A stretch of DNA of 64,000 bases from an uncultured Gemmatimonadales bacterium. GTDB lineage: Bacteria; Gemmatimonadota; Gemmatimonadetes; Gemmatimonadales; Gemmatimonadaceae. Within the stretch, counting starts at the first letter, position 1. Every line of letters starts with the position of its first letter. The stretch spans positions 3,232,001 through 3,296,000 of the forward strand of contig CAWKMU010000003.1 of NCBI GenBank assembly GCA_963850905.1, given 5' to 3'. The notes under the pieces were generated by a model, which saw nothing but the letters and a program-made list of their open reading frames with translations, did not search any database and was not told where the DNA came from. A program made the translations under genes and the position numbers. Positions 8,807-18,553 of the stretch are shown in pieces.

Positions 8807-10431
8807 CGGAAGCAGAGAAGGGAGACACGGCGGTCACGCCGCCGACGGCGAGCGCCCCCACTGGCGGCGGACGTGCGGCGTCGCTTGTCGCCGCCGGGAT
8901 CTTGTTGAGTCGGCTGACTGGGCTCGTGCGGGAGCGGGCGCTCGCGCACTACTTCGGCAGCGCGTATGTGGCTGATGCATTCCGCGCAGCCTTTCGCATC
9001 CCGAACCTGCTGCAGAATCTGTTCGGCGAAGGGGCGCTGTCCGCCTCGTTCATCCCCGTCTACGCGCGACTGCTGGCGCGCGGGGAGCGAGACGAAGCCC
9101 GCCGCGTCGCCGGCGCAGTCATTGGCCTCCTCAGCCTCCTCGTCTCGCTGTTCGTGCTCGTTGGGGTGCTCGGGACGCCCTGGATCATCGACCTCATCGC
9201 TCCCGGCTTTACCGGCGAACGACGCGCGCTGACGATCGTGCTCGTGCGCATTTTCTTCCCCGGCGCCGGCATCCTCGTCCTCTCTGCGTGGTGCCTGGGT
9301 GTGCTCAACAGCCACGGGCGGTTCTTGCTGGCGTACACGGCACCCGTGGTGTGGAACGCGGTCATCGTCGCGACGCTCATCGCGTTCGGCCGGCAGCCCG
9401 GCCTCGATCAGTTGGCGATCAAGGTGGCTTGGGGATCGGTCGCGGGCAACGCGCTCCAGTTTCTGGTGCAGCTCCCGTCGGTGTTGCGATTGGCGGGCCG
9501 CATGTCGGTTCTGCCGCGGGTCGCGTCCGCACACGTGCGCACCGTCGTGCGCAATTTCGGCCCCGTATTCGTGAGCCGCGGCGTCACGCAGCTGAGCGCG
9601 TACATCGATCAATTTCTCGCCAGTTGGCTCCCGGCCGGTTCAGTCGCACTGATCGGCTACGCGCAGAACCTCGCCGTGTTGCCCGTGAGCCTGTTCGGCA
9701 TGTCCGTCTCCGCGGCCGAGCTCCCGGCAATGTCAGGCGTGCTCGGACAGGCGGAGGATGTGGCGGCCGCGCTGCGCGTGCGACTCAACGCGGGGTTACG
9801 TCGCATCGCCTTCTTCATCGTGCCGTCCGCAGTGGGGTTCCTGGCGCTCGGCGATGTGATCGCCGCCGCGATCTATCGCACCGGCCGTTTTACCCGCGAG
9901 GATGCCCTCTGGGTGTGGGCCATTCTGGCCGGGTCCGCGGTGGGCTTGCTGGCATCGACACTGGGCCGACTGTACTCGTCCGCGTATTACGCGCTGCACG
10001 ACACGCGGACGCCGCTGCGCTTTGCGCTGGTCCGAGTCGGACTCACCACCGCCCTGGGGTACCTCAGCGCCCTCCCCGGGCCGCGGTGGCTGGGGATAGA
10101 CCAGCGCTGGGGGATGGTGGGCCTCACCGCATCGGCTGGAATCGCCGGATGGGTGGAGTTTGCACTCTTGCGACGAGCGCTCACGCGACGGATCGGACCG
10201 GCGAGCGTGCCGGTCAAATTGGTCGCGCTGCTCTGGGTTGCCGCCGCAGCCGGTGCGCTCGCCGGGTGGGCCGCTGGCCATGTGATCTCCATTGAGCACC
10301 CCGTGCTGCATGCGTCGGTCGTGTTGCCCGTGTATGGGTTGGTGTATCTGGGGATCGCCCTGCTCCTCGGGATCCCTGAGGCCCGTCAAGTACAAGCACT
10401 GGTGAGTAGGAGATTAGGGGCTAGACGCTAG
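8803..10431 (+). CDS. murJ: Lipid II flippase MurJ (MviN); start position uncertain
   Basis: LLSRLTGLVRE, ADAFRAAFRIPNLLQNLFGEGALSASFIPVY and many TM helices. No canonical start before TTG 8902; a GTA at 8803 overlaps the bshC stop. Confidence 0.92.
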   Translation, partial: VTEAEKGDTAVTPPTASAPTGGGRAASLVAAGILLSRLTGLVRERALAHYFGSAYVADAFRAAFRIPNLLQNLFGEGALSASFIPVYARLLARGERDEARRVAGAVIGLLSLLVSLFVLVGVLGTPWIIDLIAPGFTGERRALTIVLVRIFFPGAGILVLSAWCLGVLNSHGRFLLAYTAPVVWNAVIVATLIAFGRQPGLDQLAIKVAWGSVAGNALQFLVQLPSVLRLAGRMSVLPRVASAHVRTVVRNFGPVFVSRGVTQLSAYIDQFLASWLPAGSVALIGYAQNLAVLPVSLFGMSVSAAELPAMSGVLGQAEDVAAALRVRLNAGLRRIAFFIVPSAVGFLALGDVIAAAIYRTGRFTREDALWVWAILAGSAVGLLASTLGRLYSSAYYALHDTRTPLRFALVRVGLTTALGYLSALPGPRWLGIDQRWGMVGLTASAGIAGWVEFALLRRALTRRIGPASVPVKLVALLWVAAAAGALAGWAAGHVISIEHPVLHASVVLPVYGLVYLGIALLLGIPEARQVQALVSRRLGARR

Positions 10432-10481
10432 GGATCGGGGATTAGGGGAACGACCGCGCCGTTTCCGTCGACCTAACCCCT
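10404..10481. repeat. Degenerate heptamer array overlapping the murJ stop codon
   Basis: GAGTAGG AGATTAG GGGCTAG ACGCTAG GGATCGG GGATTAG GGG, with a complementary CCTAACCCCT further downstream. Confidence 0.6.
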
Positions 10482-10490
10482 TGTAGCGGC

Positions 10491-10496
10491 TATATT
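10491..10496 (+). promoter_or_regulatory. Putative -10 element (TATATT) 6 nt upstream of the uvrC ATG; leaderless promoter
   Basis: TANNNT-N6-start geometry, no Shine-Dalgarno; the same geometry occurs at 23763, 40043 and 44807. Confidence 0.5.
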
Positions 10497-10502
10497 TCGC
10501 GC

Positions 10503-12473
10503 ATGCTCGCCCCTCCGGACTCCGTGGCCATTAAGGTGCCACATCTACCGGAGTCCGCCGGAGTCTATCTCTGGAAGGATTCCGAGGGGCGGGTGTTGTA
10601 CGTCGGCAAGGCCAAACGACTCCGGTCGCGGGTCCGGAGTTATTTCGGGGCAGATATCGCGGAGAGCGTCAAGACCTTCGCGCTGATGCGACAGGTCGCG
10701 GACCTCGAGACGATCGTGGTCCCGAGTGAAGCCCACGCGCTGATTCTCGAGGCCAACCTCATCAAGGAGTATCGGCCGCGATTCAACATCGCGCTCCGAG
10801 ACGACAAGTCGTACCCCTACATCAAAGTCACCGTTCAGGAACCATTTCCTCGGGTCGTGGTGACGCGACGGCTCGAGACCGATGGTGCGCGGTATTTCGG
10901 CCCCTACACGGACGTCGGGGCCATGCGGCGTGCCCTCAACGTCGTCAAGCAGCTCTTTACCGTGCGCTCGTGCCGCTATGACATGCCGCGTGAGATGCCC
11001 GAGCGTCCATGTCTCGATTACTACATCAAGCGGTGCAAAGCGCCCTGCATCCTGGCGCAGTCGATGGAGGAGTACCGCGCGATGATCGATGAAGTCGTCG
11101 ACTTCCTCGAGGGGCGCAGCGGCGACGTGATCGCCGCCGTCCGGACCCGAATGGCCGACGCGGCGCAGCGCCTCGACTTCGAGCGCGCCGCAGAGCTGCG
11201 CGACGTATTGTCGCGACTCGAGCGGCTCGAGGAGCCGACGGTCGTTCTCGAGGTGGAGGGCGGCGACCGTGATGTGCTCGGGTATGCGCGCGATGGCGAT
11301 GATGCATCGGTGGCCATTCTCCGCATCCGCGGTGGGAAGCTGCTGGCCCGCGACCACCGTCTCTTGGAGAACGTCGAGGAGGAGACCGACGCCGCCGCCC
11401 TATCGGCCTACCTGGCGCGCTCATATGTCGGAGCGACCGAGCGCGCGCGCGAGCTGTTCGTTCCGTTCGACTTCGAGGATCGAGAACCCCTCGAGACAGC
11501 CTTGACCGGGACGAAGATCGTCGTGCCACAGCGTGGCCCCAAACGTCAGCTCGTCGAGCTCGCGAATCAGAACGCTCGGCATTTGCTCGAAGAGTTCCGA
11601 CTGGCGAGCGCGGACACCGAGGAGCGAGCAGCTGATCCGGTCTACGACCTGCAACGTGAAGTGGGCCTGCAGCGCGTGCCGCGCTCGCTAGTGTGCTTCG
11701 ATATCTCACACGCACAGGGCACCGACACCGTGGCATCGCTCGTGTGGTTCGAGAACGGACGACCGAAGCGATCCGAGTACCGAAAGTTCAAAGTCGCCAC
11801 GGTCAGCGGTGTGGACGATTTCGCTGCAATGCGGGAAGTCGTGACCCGCTACTTCCGGCGGCGACTCGATGAGCAAGCGGCGCTGCCGGACCTTGTCGTC
11901 ATCGATGGAGGCAAGGGGCAGCTTGGCGCTGCGCGGGACGCGTTGCTCGACCTGGGGCTCGGCGAGCTTCCGCTCATTAGCCTGGCGAAGCGAGAGGAGG
12001 AGATCTTCTCCGTGGGACGCAGCGAGAGCATCCGCCTGTCGCGTCGCTCGGCCGGGCTTCGACTCCTGCAACAGGCGCGCGACGAGGCACATCGATTCGC
12101 GGTGACGTTTCAGCGCAAGCGGCGAGCTGTCCGCACCGTCACGTCTGAGCTGCTACGCATCCCAGGCATCGGGCCGGTCAAGCGTCGCCAACTGCTGGGA
12201 GCATTCGGAAGCATTCAGGGCGTGCGCGACGCGATCGCCGAGCAGATCGCAGCGCTCCCGGGATGGACCATGAAGAGCGCAACACACCTGCTCGATGCGT
12301 TGCGCGCCGGCTCTCCCACTCGACCAGCGAGTGATGCGACCGCTCGATCCGGCCCCGGACCGGTTGGGGCCACGCCGGCGGTGTCCTCTGTGACCGACGA
12401 CGAATCGCCGGCTGGCGCGACGGATGCGTCTCCCTCGGTCCTGTCCGGCATCCCGACAGAAGGTCAACCATGA
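10503..12473 (+). CDS. uvrC: Excinuclease ABC subunit C
   Basis: GIY-YIG domain (GVYLW, LYVGKAK), DDKSYPY, UVR domain, CFDISH, IDGGKGQL, RDEAHRFA and HhH (IPGIGP). Confidence 0.97.
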   Translation: MLAPPDSVAIKVPHLPESAGVYLWKDSEGRVLYVGKAKRLRSRVRSYFGADIAESVKTFALMRQVADLETIVVPSEAHALILEANLIKEYRPRFNIALRDDKSYPYIKVTVQEPFPRVVVTRRLETDGARYFGPYTDVGAMRRALNVVKQLFTVRSCRYDMPREMPERPCLDYYIKRCKAPCILAQSMEEYRAMIDEVVDFLEGRSGDVIAAVRTRMADAAQRLDFERAAELRDVLSRLERLEEPTVVLEVEGGDRDVLGYARDGDDASVAILRIRGGKLLARDHRLLENVEEETDAAALSAYLARSYVGATERARELFVPFDFEDREPLETALTGTKIVVPQRGPKRQLVELANQNARHLLEEFRLASADTEERAADPVYDLQREVGLQRVPRSLVCFDISHAQGTDTVASLVWFENGRPKRSEYRKFKVATVSGVDDFAAMREVVTRYFRRRLDEQAALPDLVVIDGGKGQLGAARDALLDLGLGELPLISLAKREEEIFSVGRSESIRLSRRSAGLRLLQQARDEAHRFAVTFQRKRRAVRTVTSELLRIPGIGPVKRRQLLGAFGSIQGVRDAIAEQIAALPGWTMKSATHLLDALRAGSPTRPASDATARSGPGPVGATPAVSSVTDDESPAGATDASPSVLSGIPTEGQP

Positions 12474-13765
12474 CGATCGCCATCCTGGACCCGTTTAGCG
12501 GCATCGCTGGCGACATGACCCTCGGCGCGCTGATCGATTGCGGCTTGAGCACCGAGTGGCTGACTGCACTCCCAGGTCGGCTGGGGTTGGAGGGAATCGG
12601 CGTACAGATCCAGGACGTGCGCCGCGGAGAGCTGGCTTGCAAGAAAGTGGACTTCGAGATCCCCCCGCAGCCGCACGGCCGGCACCTCGCAGCCATCCGA
12701 GCCGTCGTGGCCAAGAGTGATGCGCCACCCCACGTCCGCGAGCGCGCCGACGCCGCGTTCCTCGCGATCGCCAAGGTCGAAGGAGCCATTCACGGGGTGT
12801 CGCCCGAGCGGGTCCACCTCCACGAAGTCGGCGCCGTGGACGCAATCCTCGACATCCTCGGCTCGATCTGGGGCTTTGACCAACTCGGTGTCACGTCGGT
12901 CTATTGTCTCCCGCTCGCACTGGGCGATGGTACGGTCGAGGCTGCCCATGGCACCCTGCCGGTGCCAGCCCCCGCGACTCTCGAGTTGCTCGAGGGCCAT
13001 GTGGTCCAGATGGGCCCCGCGGGTTCCGGCGAGCTCGTGACGCCGACGGGCGCCGCGTTGGTCCGCGTCCTGTCGCAGGGAGTGCCGCCCGCGTTCGTCC
13101 CCGTCCGCGTGGGCTACGGTGCCGGCACCAAGGTGTTTCCCCGACGGGCAAACGCGCTTCGCCTCATTCTTGCCACATCCGTCGATACCAGCTTGGGCGG
13201 CGTGCCCGGGCCCGACGGAAACGCGCGCGACGCACTGGTCGTGCTCGCGACGGACATCGACGATATGACCGGGGAATACCTCGCTCACGCCGCCGACGCC
13301 CTGCGAGGCGCTGGCGCACTCGATGTGGTCCTCGTGCCCACCGTGATGAAAAAAGGTCGGCCCGGTACTCGATTCGAGGTACTGGCCCGTCCCCAGGACG
13401 CGGACCGTCTCGAATCCCTCATGCTGTCGTCGACGACCTCCATCGGCGTCCGCCGCTGGTCCGTCGCCCGGCGAGCGCTATCGCGGCGGGACCGGGTGGT
13501 GGTGGTGCACGGACAGCCAGTCACCGTGAAGGAAGTCACCCTTCCGGATGGAACCGTGCGCGCCAAGCCCGACTATGATGCCGTGAAACGGGCGGCGGAC
13601 GCGACAGGCCGACCAGCGAGCGATATATTTTCGCTCGCGGCCGAGGCCGCGCGCGTGCACGACGATTCACCCCAATCCAGCCTGCCGGGCGTCCGGCCTG
13701 CCCAAGACGGGGAGCCGGCCCCCGCTCACGTGCCTCATCTCGTACGCTCCAGGAGTCAAGTATGA
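12470..13765 (+). CDS. larC: Nickel pincer cofactor biosynthesis protein LarC
   Basis: DPFSGIAGDMTLGAL, VHLHEVGAVDAI, HGTLPVPAPAT, ELVTPTGAA, DIDDM, MKKGRPG and TTSIGVR. Confidence 0.93.
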   Translation: MTIAILDPFSGIAGDMTLGALIDCGLSTEWLTALPGRLGLEGIGVQIQDVRRGELACKKVDFEIPPQPHGRHLAAIRAVVAKSDAPPHVRERADAAFLAIAKVEGAIHGVSPERVHLHEVGAVDAILDILGSIWGFDQLGVTSVYCLPLALGDGTVEAAHGTLPVPAPATLELLEGHVVQMGPAGSGELVTPTGAALVRVLSQGVPPAFVPVRVGYGAGTKVFPRRANALRLILATSVDTSLGGVPGPDGNARDALVVLATDIDDMTGEYLAHAADALRGAGALDVVLVPTVMKKGRPGTRFEVLARPQDADRLESLMLSSTTSIGVRRWSVARRALSRRDRVVVVHGQPVTVKEVTLPDGTVRAKPDYDAVKRAADATGRPASDIFSLAAEAARVHDDSPQSSLPGVRPAQDGEPAPAHVPHLVRSRSQV

Positions 13766-15300
13766 GTCTTGTCGACAGTTCTCGCCTCCGCACCATGGTC
13801 GCTCTCGCCCTGGCCGTGGCCAGTCTCGGGGTCGCGTCCTCGGCACAGGCGCAAAAAAACAGCAAGAACGCCTGCGACGTTGGCGACGACCAAAGCAGCG
13901 AGTCCATGGGCGGGCGCCTCTTCCTGTCGCGGGCCACGGATCCAAAGGCCCCACAAGCGCAAAAGGATTCATTGGCGCGACAGGCCGTGGGCTCGCTGAC
14001 GTCTACGAAGCTGAACGAGCAGAAGGACTTTGGCCGTGACTACCTCTTGGCCGAAGCACTCGTGCTCCAGGCCGCGGACACCGGCCTTTCGCCCATCGGG
14101 CCGCGTGGTAGCTACGGGTTCAAGGGTGACAGCGGCACGCAGGTCGACATTCTCGCCACAGCGGACACGCTGCTCACGACGCTGGCGGAGAAGAAGCCGG
14201 AGTGCGCGACCCAGGCTGACAACATGCGGCAACAGGCCTACGTCCCGCTCACGAACGCCGCCCTGGGCAACCTGAACTCGAAGAATTACGGCCATGCCGA
14301 CACCCTCGCGCACCGAGCGGTCAGCATCTACTCGAAGAGCCCATACGTCTACAACGCGCTCGGCAGCGTCGCGATTACCAGGCATGACTACGCCAGTGCC
14401 AAGGAGAACTTCACCAAGGTCATCGCGCTCGCCGGCACTGACACGACCGTCCGGCAGCTCAAGAAAGTGGCCATGTACAACTACGCGGTGGTCTCCAGCG
14501 CCCTCGCGGATTCCTTGAAGGGCACGCCACAGCACCAGGGCGTGGCGGATTCGGCGGTCACCGCGTGGAAGGCGTACCAGGCCGCGTATCCAACCGACCC
14601 CAACGCCCAGGCGGGTCTGACGCACGCGCTCCAGGCATCAGGCGATAGCACGCAAGCGAAGGCCCTGTACGCCGACATGCTGAACAACCCGAACAAGTAC
14701 ACCAACATGCAGTTGTTCAACAGCGCGATCTCCGCCGCCCAGGCGAAGGACGAGCCGACAGCCGTAAAGCTCTTTCAGGAAGGCATGAAGACCAACCCGT
14801 ACTTCCGCGAAGCGCTGTACTACGTCGCCAATTCCCAGTTCAACAACGGCCAGATCGATTCCCTGATGCCGACGGTTCGGCGTCTCATCGCGGTCGACCC
14901 GAACAACCCGGACGACTACCGGTTGCTCGCCGGCGCCTATCAGCTGCGCTCGCGCGACGCGACGGATCCCAAGCTCAAGCGTGCGATGCAGGACTCGACG
15001 CTGGCGGCGCTCAAGAAATTCCAGCAGCCCAAAGTCGGACTCGTGATCACCAACTTCGCGAATGATGGCGAGCACATTACCCTGGCTGGTCGTCTCGCGA
15101 ACTACGACTCGGCCGCGGCTCATCCCTTTGCGCCGAAGTTCACGTTCCTCGATGCGAGCGGCAACGTCGTCGGAACGAAGGATGCCGACCCGGTGAATGT
15201 GCCGCCTGGTCAGAACGCCAAGAATCCTGGCACGGCCACGTTCCAGGTGTCCGCGGCCGTCAAGGGCGCGGTCGCCTACAAATACGCCCCGCTGGATTAG
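13762..15300 (+). CDS. Secreted TPR-repeat protein with C-terminal FxLYD-like Ig domain
   Basis: Signal peptide ending AQA, several TPR-like helical repeats, C-terminal FTFLDASGNVVG motif. Confidence 0.75.
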   Translation: MSLVDSSRLRTMVALALAVASLGVASSAQAQKNSKNACDVGDDQSSESMGGRLFLSRATDPKAPQAQKDSLARQAVGSLTSTKLNEQKDFGRDYLLAEALVLQAADTGLSPIGPRGSYGFKGDSGTQVDILATADTLLTTLAEKKPECATQADNMRQQAYVPLTNAALGNLNSKNYGHADTLAHRAVSIYSKSPYVYNALGSVAITRHDYASAKENFTKVIALAGTDTTVRQLKKVAMYNYAVVSSALADSLKGTPQHQGVADSAVTAWKAYQAAYPTDPNAQAGLTHALQASGDSTQAKALYADMLNNPNKYTNMQLFNSAISAAQAKDEPTAVKLFQEGMKTNPYFREALYYVANSQFNNGQIDSLMPTVRRLIAVDPNNPDDYRLLAGAYQLRSRDATDPKLKRAMQDSTLAALKKFQQPKVGLVITNFANDGEHITLAGRLANYDSAAAHPFAPKFTFLDASGNVVGTKDADPVNVPPGQNAKNPGTATFQVSAAVKGAVAYKYAPLD

Positions 15301-15324
15301 GAAAGCGACGCCGGGAGGTCGGGC

Positions 15325-16593
15325 ATGCCTGCAGTCCGGGTAGCGCGGGTCGAGTGCGGCAGCATTGCTGCCGCACTTGGCATCGCGCCCGGCACTGAGC
15401 TGTTGTCAGTGAACGGCCGGCGCGTCACCGACTTCCTGGATTGGGAGTTCCTCACCGCCGATGACGATCTGGTCGTAGAAGCTCGCGATCCTGGTGGCGA
15501 TGCGGTCACCTACGAGATCGAGCGCGGCGAGGGCGATGTCATGGGCATCGAGCTCGAGCCGCCAACCGTCCGGCAGTGCGCGAACCGGTGCGAGTTCTGC
15601 TTCATTGAGGGACTGCCTCCCGGGCTCCGGCGCCCACTCTATCTCCGCGATGACGACTACCGACTGTCGTTCGCGTACGGCAACTTCGCGACGCTGTCGA
15701 ACGTCCGAGAGCGCGATATCAAGCGCATCCTCGAGTACCGCCTCTCGCCGCTGTACGTGTCCGTACACGCGACGTCGCCCGCCGTGCGGCGCGTCTTGTT
15801 GAACAACCCGAAAGTGCCCGACATCGTCGAGCAGCTGCGGACACTCGCAGCTGGTGGCATTCAGTTTCACTGTCAGATGGTCATCGTCCCGGGGATCAAC
15901 GATGGCGCCGCGCTCGAGCAGTCGCTGACGGACCTCTGGGACCTCGGGGACGCCGTGTCGACCGTGGCCATCGTGCCCGTCGGCCTCACCCAGTTCTCGC
16001 ACCTGTACACCGGGCGCTCGATGGATCGCCGCGCTGCACGTTCGTTGCTCGCCGTCGCGAATCGGTGGGCCGCGCGCGCTCGAGTCGATCGTGAGAGCAC
16101 GTGGGTGTTCGGCTCAGACGAGCTGTACATGCTGGCTGGCGAGCCGCTCCCCGACGCTGCCCACTACGGCGAGTTCGCGCAGATCGAGAACGGAATAGGC
16201 GCCGTGACCAAGCTGCGGGAACGCGTGGCGCAGGGGCTGCACTCGCTCCCGCGGCTCGATGGCCAACGCATCGGCGTCGTCACGGGGGCGGCCATGGCAC
16301 CGCTGATGCCGGAGCTCCTGGACTCGATCCGGGGCTCGACTGGTGCGCAATTCGAGCTCATTCCCACGACCAACAGCCTGTTCGGTCCCACGACCACGAC
16401 GGCGGGCTTGCTGGTCGGAGCCGACATCTCGCGCGCGCTCACGGGCCGCGTCGATCTGCACATGGCCTTGATTCCTGCAGAGTCGATCAACGAGCGCGGC
16501 GAATTCCTTGACGACACGCGATTTGTGGACGTTCGCGAGTCGCTGCCGATGCCGGTGTTTCCGTCCTACGACTTCATCGACGCCTTGCGTTGA
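15325..16593 (+). CDS. DUF512 family radical SAM protein with N-terminal PDZ-like domain
   Basis: CANRCEFC (CxxxCxxC), DDDYRLSF, LSPLYVSVHAT, VPVGLT, DELY and QIENGIG. Confidence 0.9.
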   Translation: MPAVRVARVECGSIAAALGIAPGTELLSVNGRRVTDFLDWEFLTADDDLVVEARDPGGDAVTYEIERGEGDVMGIELEPPTVRQCANRCEFCFIEGLPPGLRRPLYLRDDDYRLSFAYGNFATLSNVRERDIKRILEYRLSPLYVSVHATSPAVRRVLLNNPKVPDIVEQLRTLAAGGIQFHCQMVIVPGINDGAALEQSLTDLWDLGDAVSTVAIVPVGLTQFSHLYTGRSMDRRAARSLLAVANRWAARARVDRESTWVFGSDELYMLAGEPLPDAAHYGEFAQIENGIGAVTKLRERVAQGLHSLPRLDGQRIGVVTGAAMAPLMPELLDSIRGSTGAQFELIPTTNSLFGPTTTTAGLLVGADISRALTGRVDLHMALIPAESINERGEFLDDTRFVDVRESLPMPVFPSYDFIDALR

Positions 16594-17898
16594 ACACGCC
16601 CACCGTCGCCATTATCGGCCGCCCGAACGTCGGGAAGTCGTCGCTGTTCAACCGATTGGTCGGCGGCAAGACAGCCATCGTCGCGGACGAGCCGGGGACG
16701 ACGCGCGACCGCCATTTCGCGCGGGCAGAATGGGCCGGCCGCGGATTCTGGCTGGTCGATACCGGAGGCCTTGTCGAGGATGCGCATCTGCCCATGGATG
16801 TGGCCATCCGGGACCAGGTGCTGCAGGCGATCGATGAAGCCGACCTGCTGCTCTTCGTGGTCGACGCCAAGGCCGGTCTGCAACCCAGCGACGCGCGCAT
16901 CCTCGACCTGCTGCGTGCGCAACGCAAGCCCTGGTTGTTGGTCGCCAACAAGGTGGATGATCCGGCGTCGATTGATTTCTACGAGTTCTACGAGCTGGGG
17001 GCGGGCGATCCGATTCCAGTCTCTGCCGCCAATGGAAAGAACTCGGGTGACCTGCTCGATGCCGTCGTCGCACACATTCCCACGACGGCGCCCGCTGAGG
17101 GAACCGAGCTCCGGATCGCGGTGGTCGGCCGGCCCAATGTCGGCAAGTCATCGCTCGTCAACCGGCTGCTCGGCGCGGATCGGCTCGTCGTGTCTGCCGA
17201 CGCCGGCACGACCCGAGACGCGATCGACACGCCGATGATCTATCACGGCAAGACGATCGTGTTCGTGGATACCGCCGGCCTCCGGCGCCAATCCAAGACG
17301 CCCGATGGCGTCGAATTCTATGCGTCGCTGCGGACGCGGCGGGCCATCGAGCGCGCGGACGTGTGTATCCTCGTCATCGATGCCGTCGCCGGGCTTGGCG
17401 TGCAGGATCTCAAGATCGCGTCCCTGGCCTGGGACGCCGGACGGGGTCTCATCCTGGCCGTCAACAAGTGGGATCTCAAGGAGAAGGACGACAAGACCGC
17501 CCCCCATTTCGAGAAGGAGTGTGTCGAGCGGGCGCCTTACCTCGCGTTCGTCCCGTTCGTCTTTATTTCGGCGTTGACGGGGCAACGAGTGACCCGACTC
17601 TTCGATATTATTCTCGAAGTCGCTGGCGAGCGGCAGAAGCGTGTGACCACAGCCGACGTGAATGCGACGCTCGAGACACTCGTCGCGCGCCGCCAGCCGC
17701 CGCAGGCTGCGGGGCACGAGGTGCGGCTCTTGTACGCGACTCAGGTCGAGGTGGCACCGCCCACGATCGCCGTCTTTGGCAATCGGCCGGACCTCGTCCA
17801 GGAGCATTACGTACGGTATCTCCACAACGGCTTCCGAGCCGCGTGGGGGTGGACCGGCAACCCGCTCCGCATCGTCTTGCGCGGGCAAGGCGGCGTAG
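16590..17898 (+). CDS. der: Ribosome biogenesis GTPase Der (EngA); apparent +1 indel near 17885
   Basis: Two G-domains (GRPNVGKSS x2, DTGG/DTAG, NKVD/NKWD) and a KH-like tail ending GNPLRIVLR. Removing one G restores ...GKAA* at TAG 17896-17898, adjacent to the plsY ATG. Confidence 0.93.
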
Positions 17899-18553
17899 AT
17901 GAGTCCTTGGGTCGCGATCCTGATCGCGTACGTGGCGGGCTCTATCCCGTTCTCCTACCTGATTGCGCGCTTCATTCGGGAAGATCGATCTCCGCGAATA
18001 TGGATCGGGCAACCTGGGAGCCACCAACGTGTATCGCGCGCTGGGCCTCCCTGCGGCATTTGCCGTCTTTCTGCTCGACGCCGCCAAGGGAGCGCTTCCC
18101 GTGCTCCTGTTGCCAGCCCACGGGCCCCGCGGAGGGTGGTGGTCGGTTGCGTATGGCGTGGCGGCGATTCTCGGGCACGTGCGCCCGGTCTTCTTTCTCT
18201 GGCGCCGGGGAGGCAAGGGCGTCGCGACCGCCGCCGGAGTCTTTCTCGCGCTGACGCTTCTGCCAGCCGCCATCTCCACGGGCCTGTGGCTCATCGTGCT
18301 CACGGCGACGCGTTACGTCTCGGTCGCCTCACTGGCCGCCGCCACCGCGCTCCCGATCGCCCAGCTGCTGCTCCGCGGCCCGCACCCGGTGTTCTGGATG
18401 TCAGTGGTGACCGCGGCGTTCGTCTGGCTGACGCACCGCGCCAACATTGAGCGGTTGCGCCGCGGGAAGGAGCCCAAGACCTGGGGGCGCGGCAAGGGAA
18501 AGGATCCCACGCGCGACAGCATCCCGATAGCGGGGGTCTCTGGCGTCCGATGA
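17899..18553 (+). CDS. plsY: Glycerol-3-phosphate acyltransferase PlsY; apparent indel near 17972
   Basis: MSPWVAILIAYVAGSIPFSYLIAR in one frame continues as FGKIDLREYGSGNLGATNV...DAAKG...GGKGVAT...HRANI in another. Confidence 0.9.

Noticed and set aside
17899..18254. Der C-terminal extension or Der-PlsY fusion
   Set aside because: The extension is out-of-frame plsY sequence; one extra G explains it.
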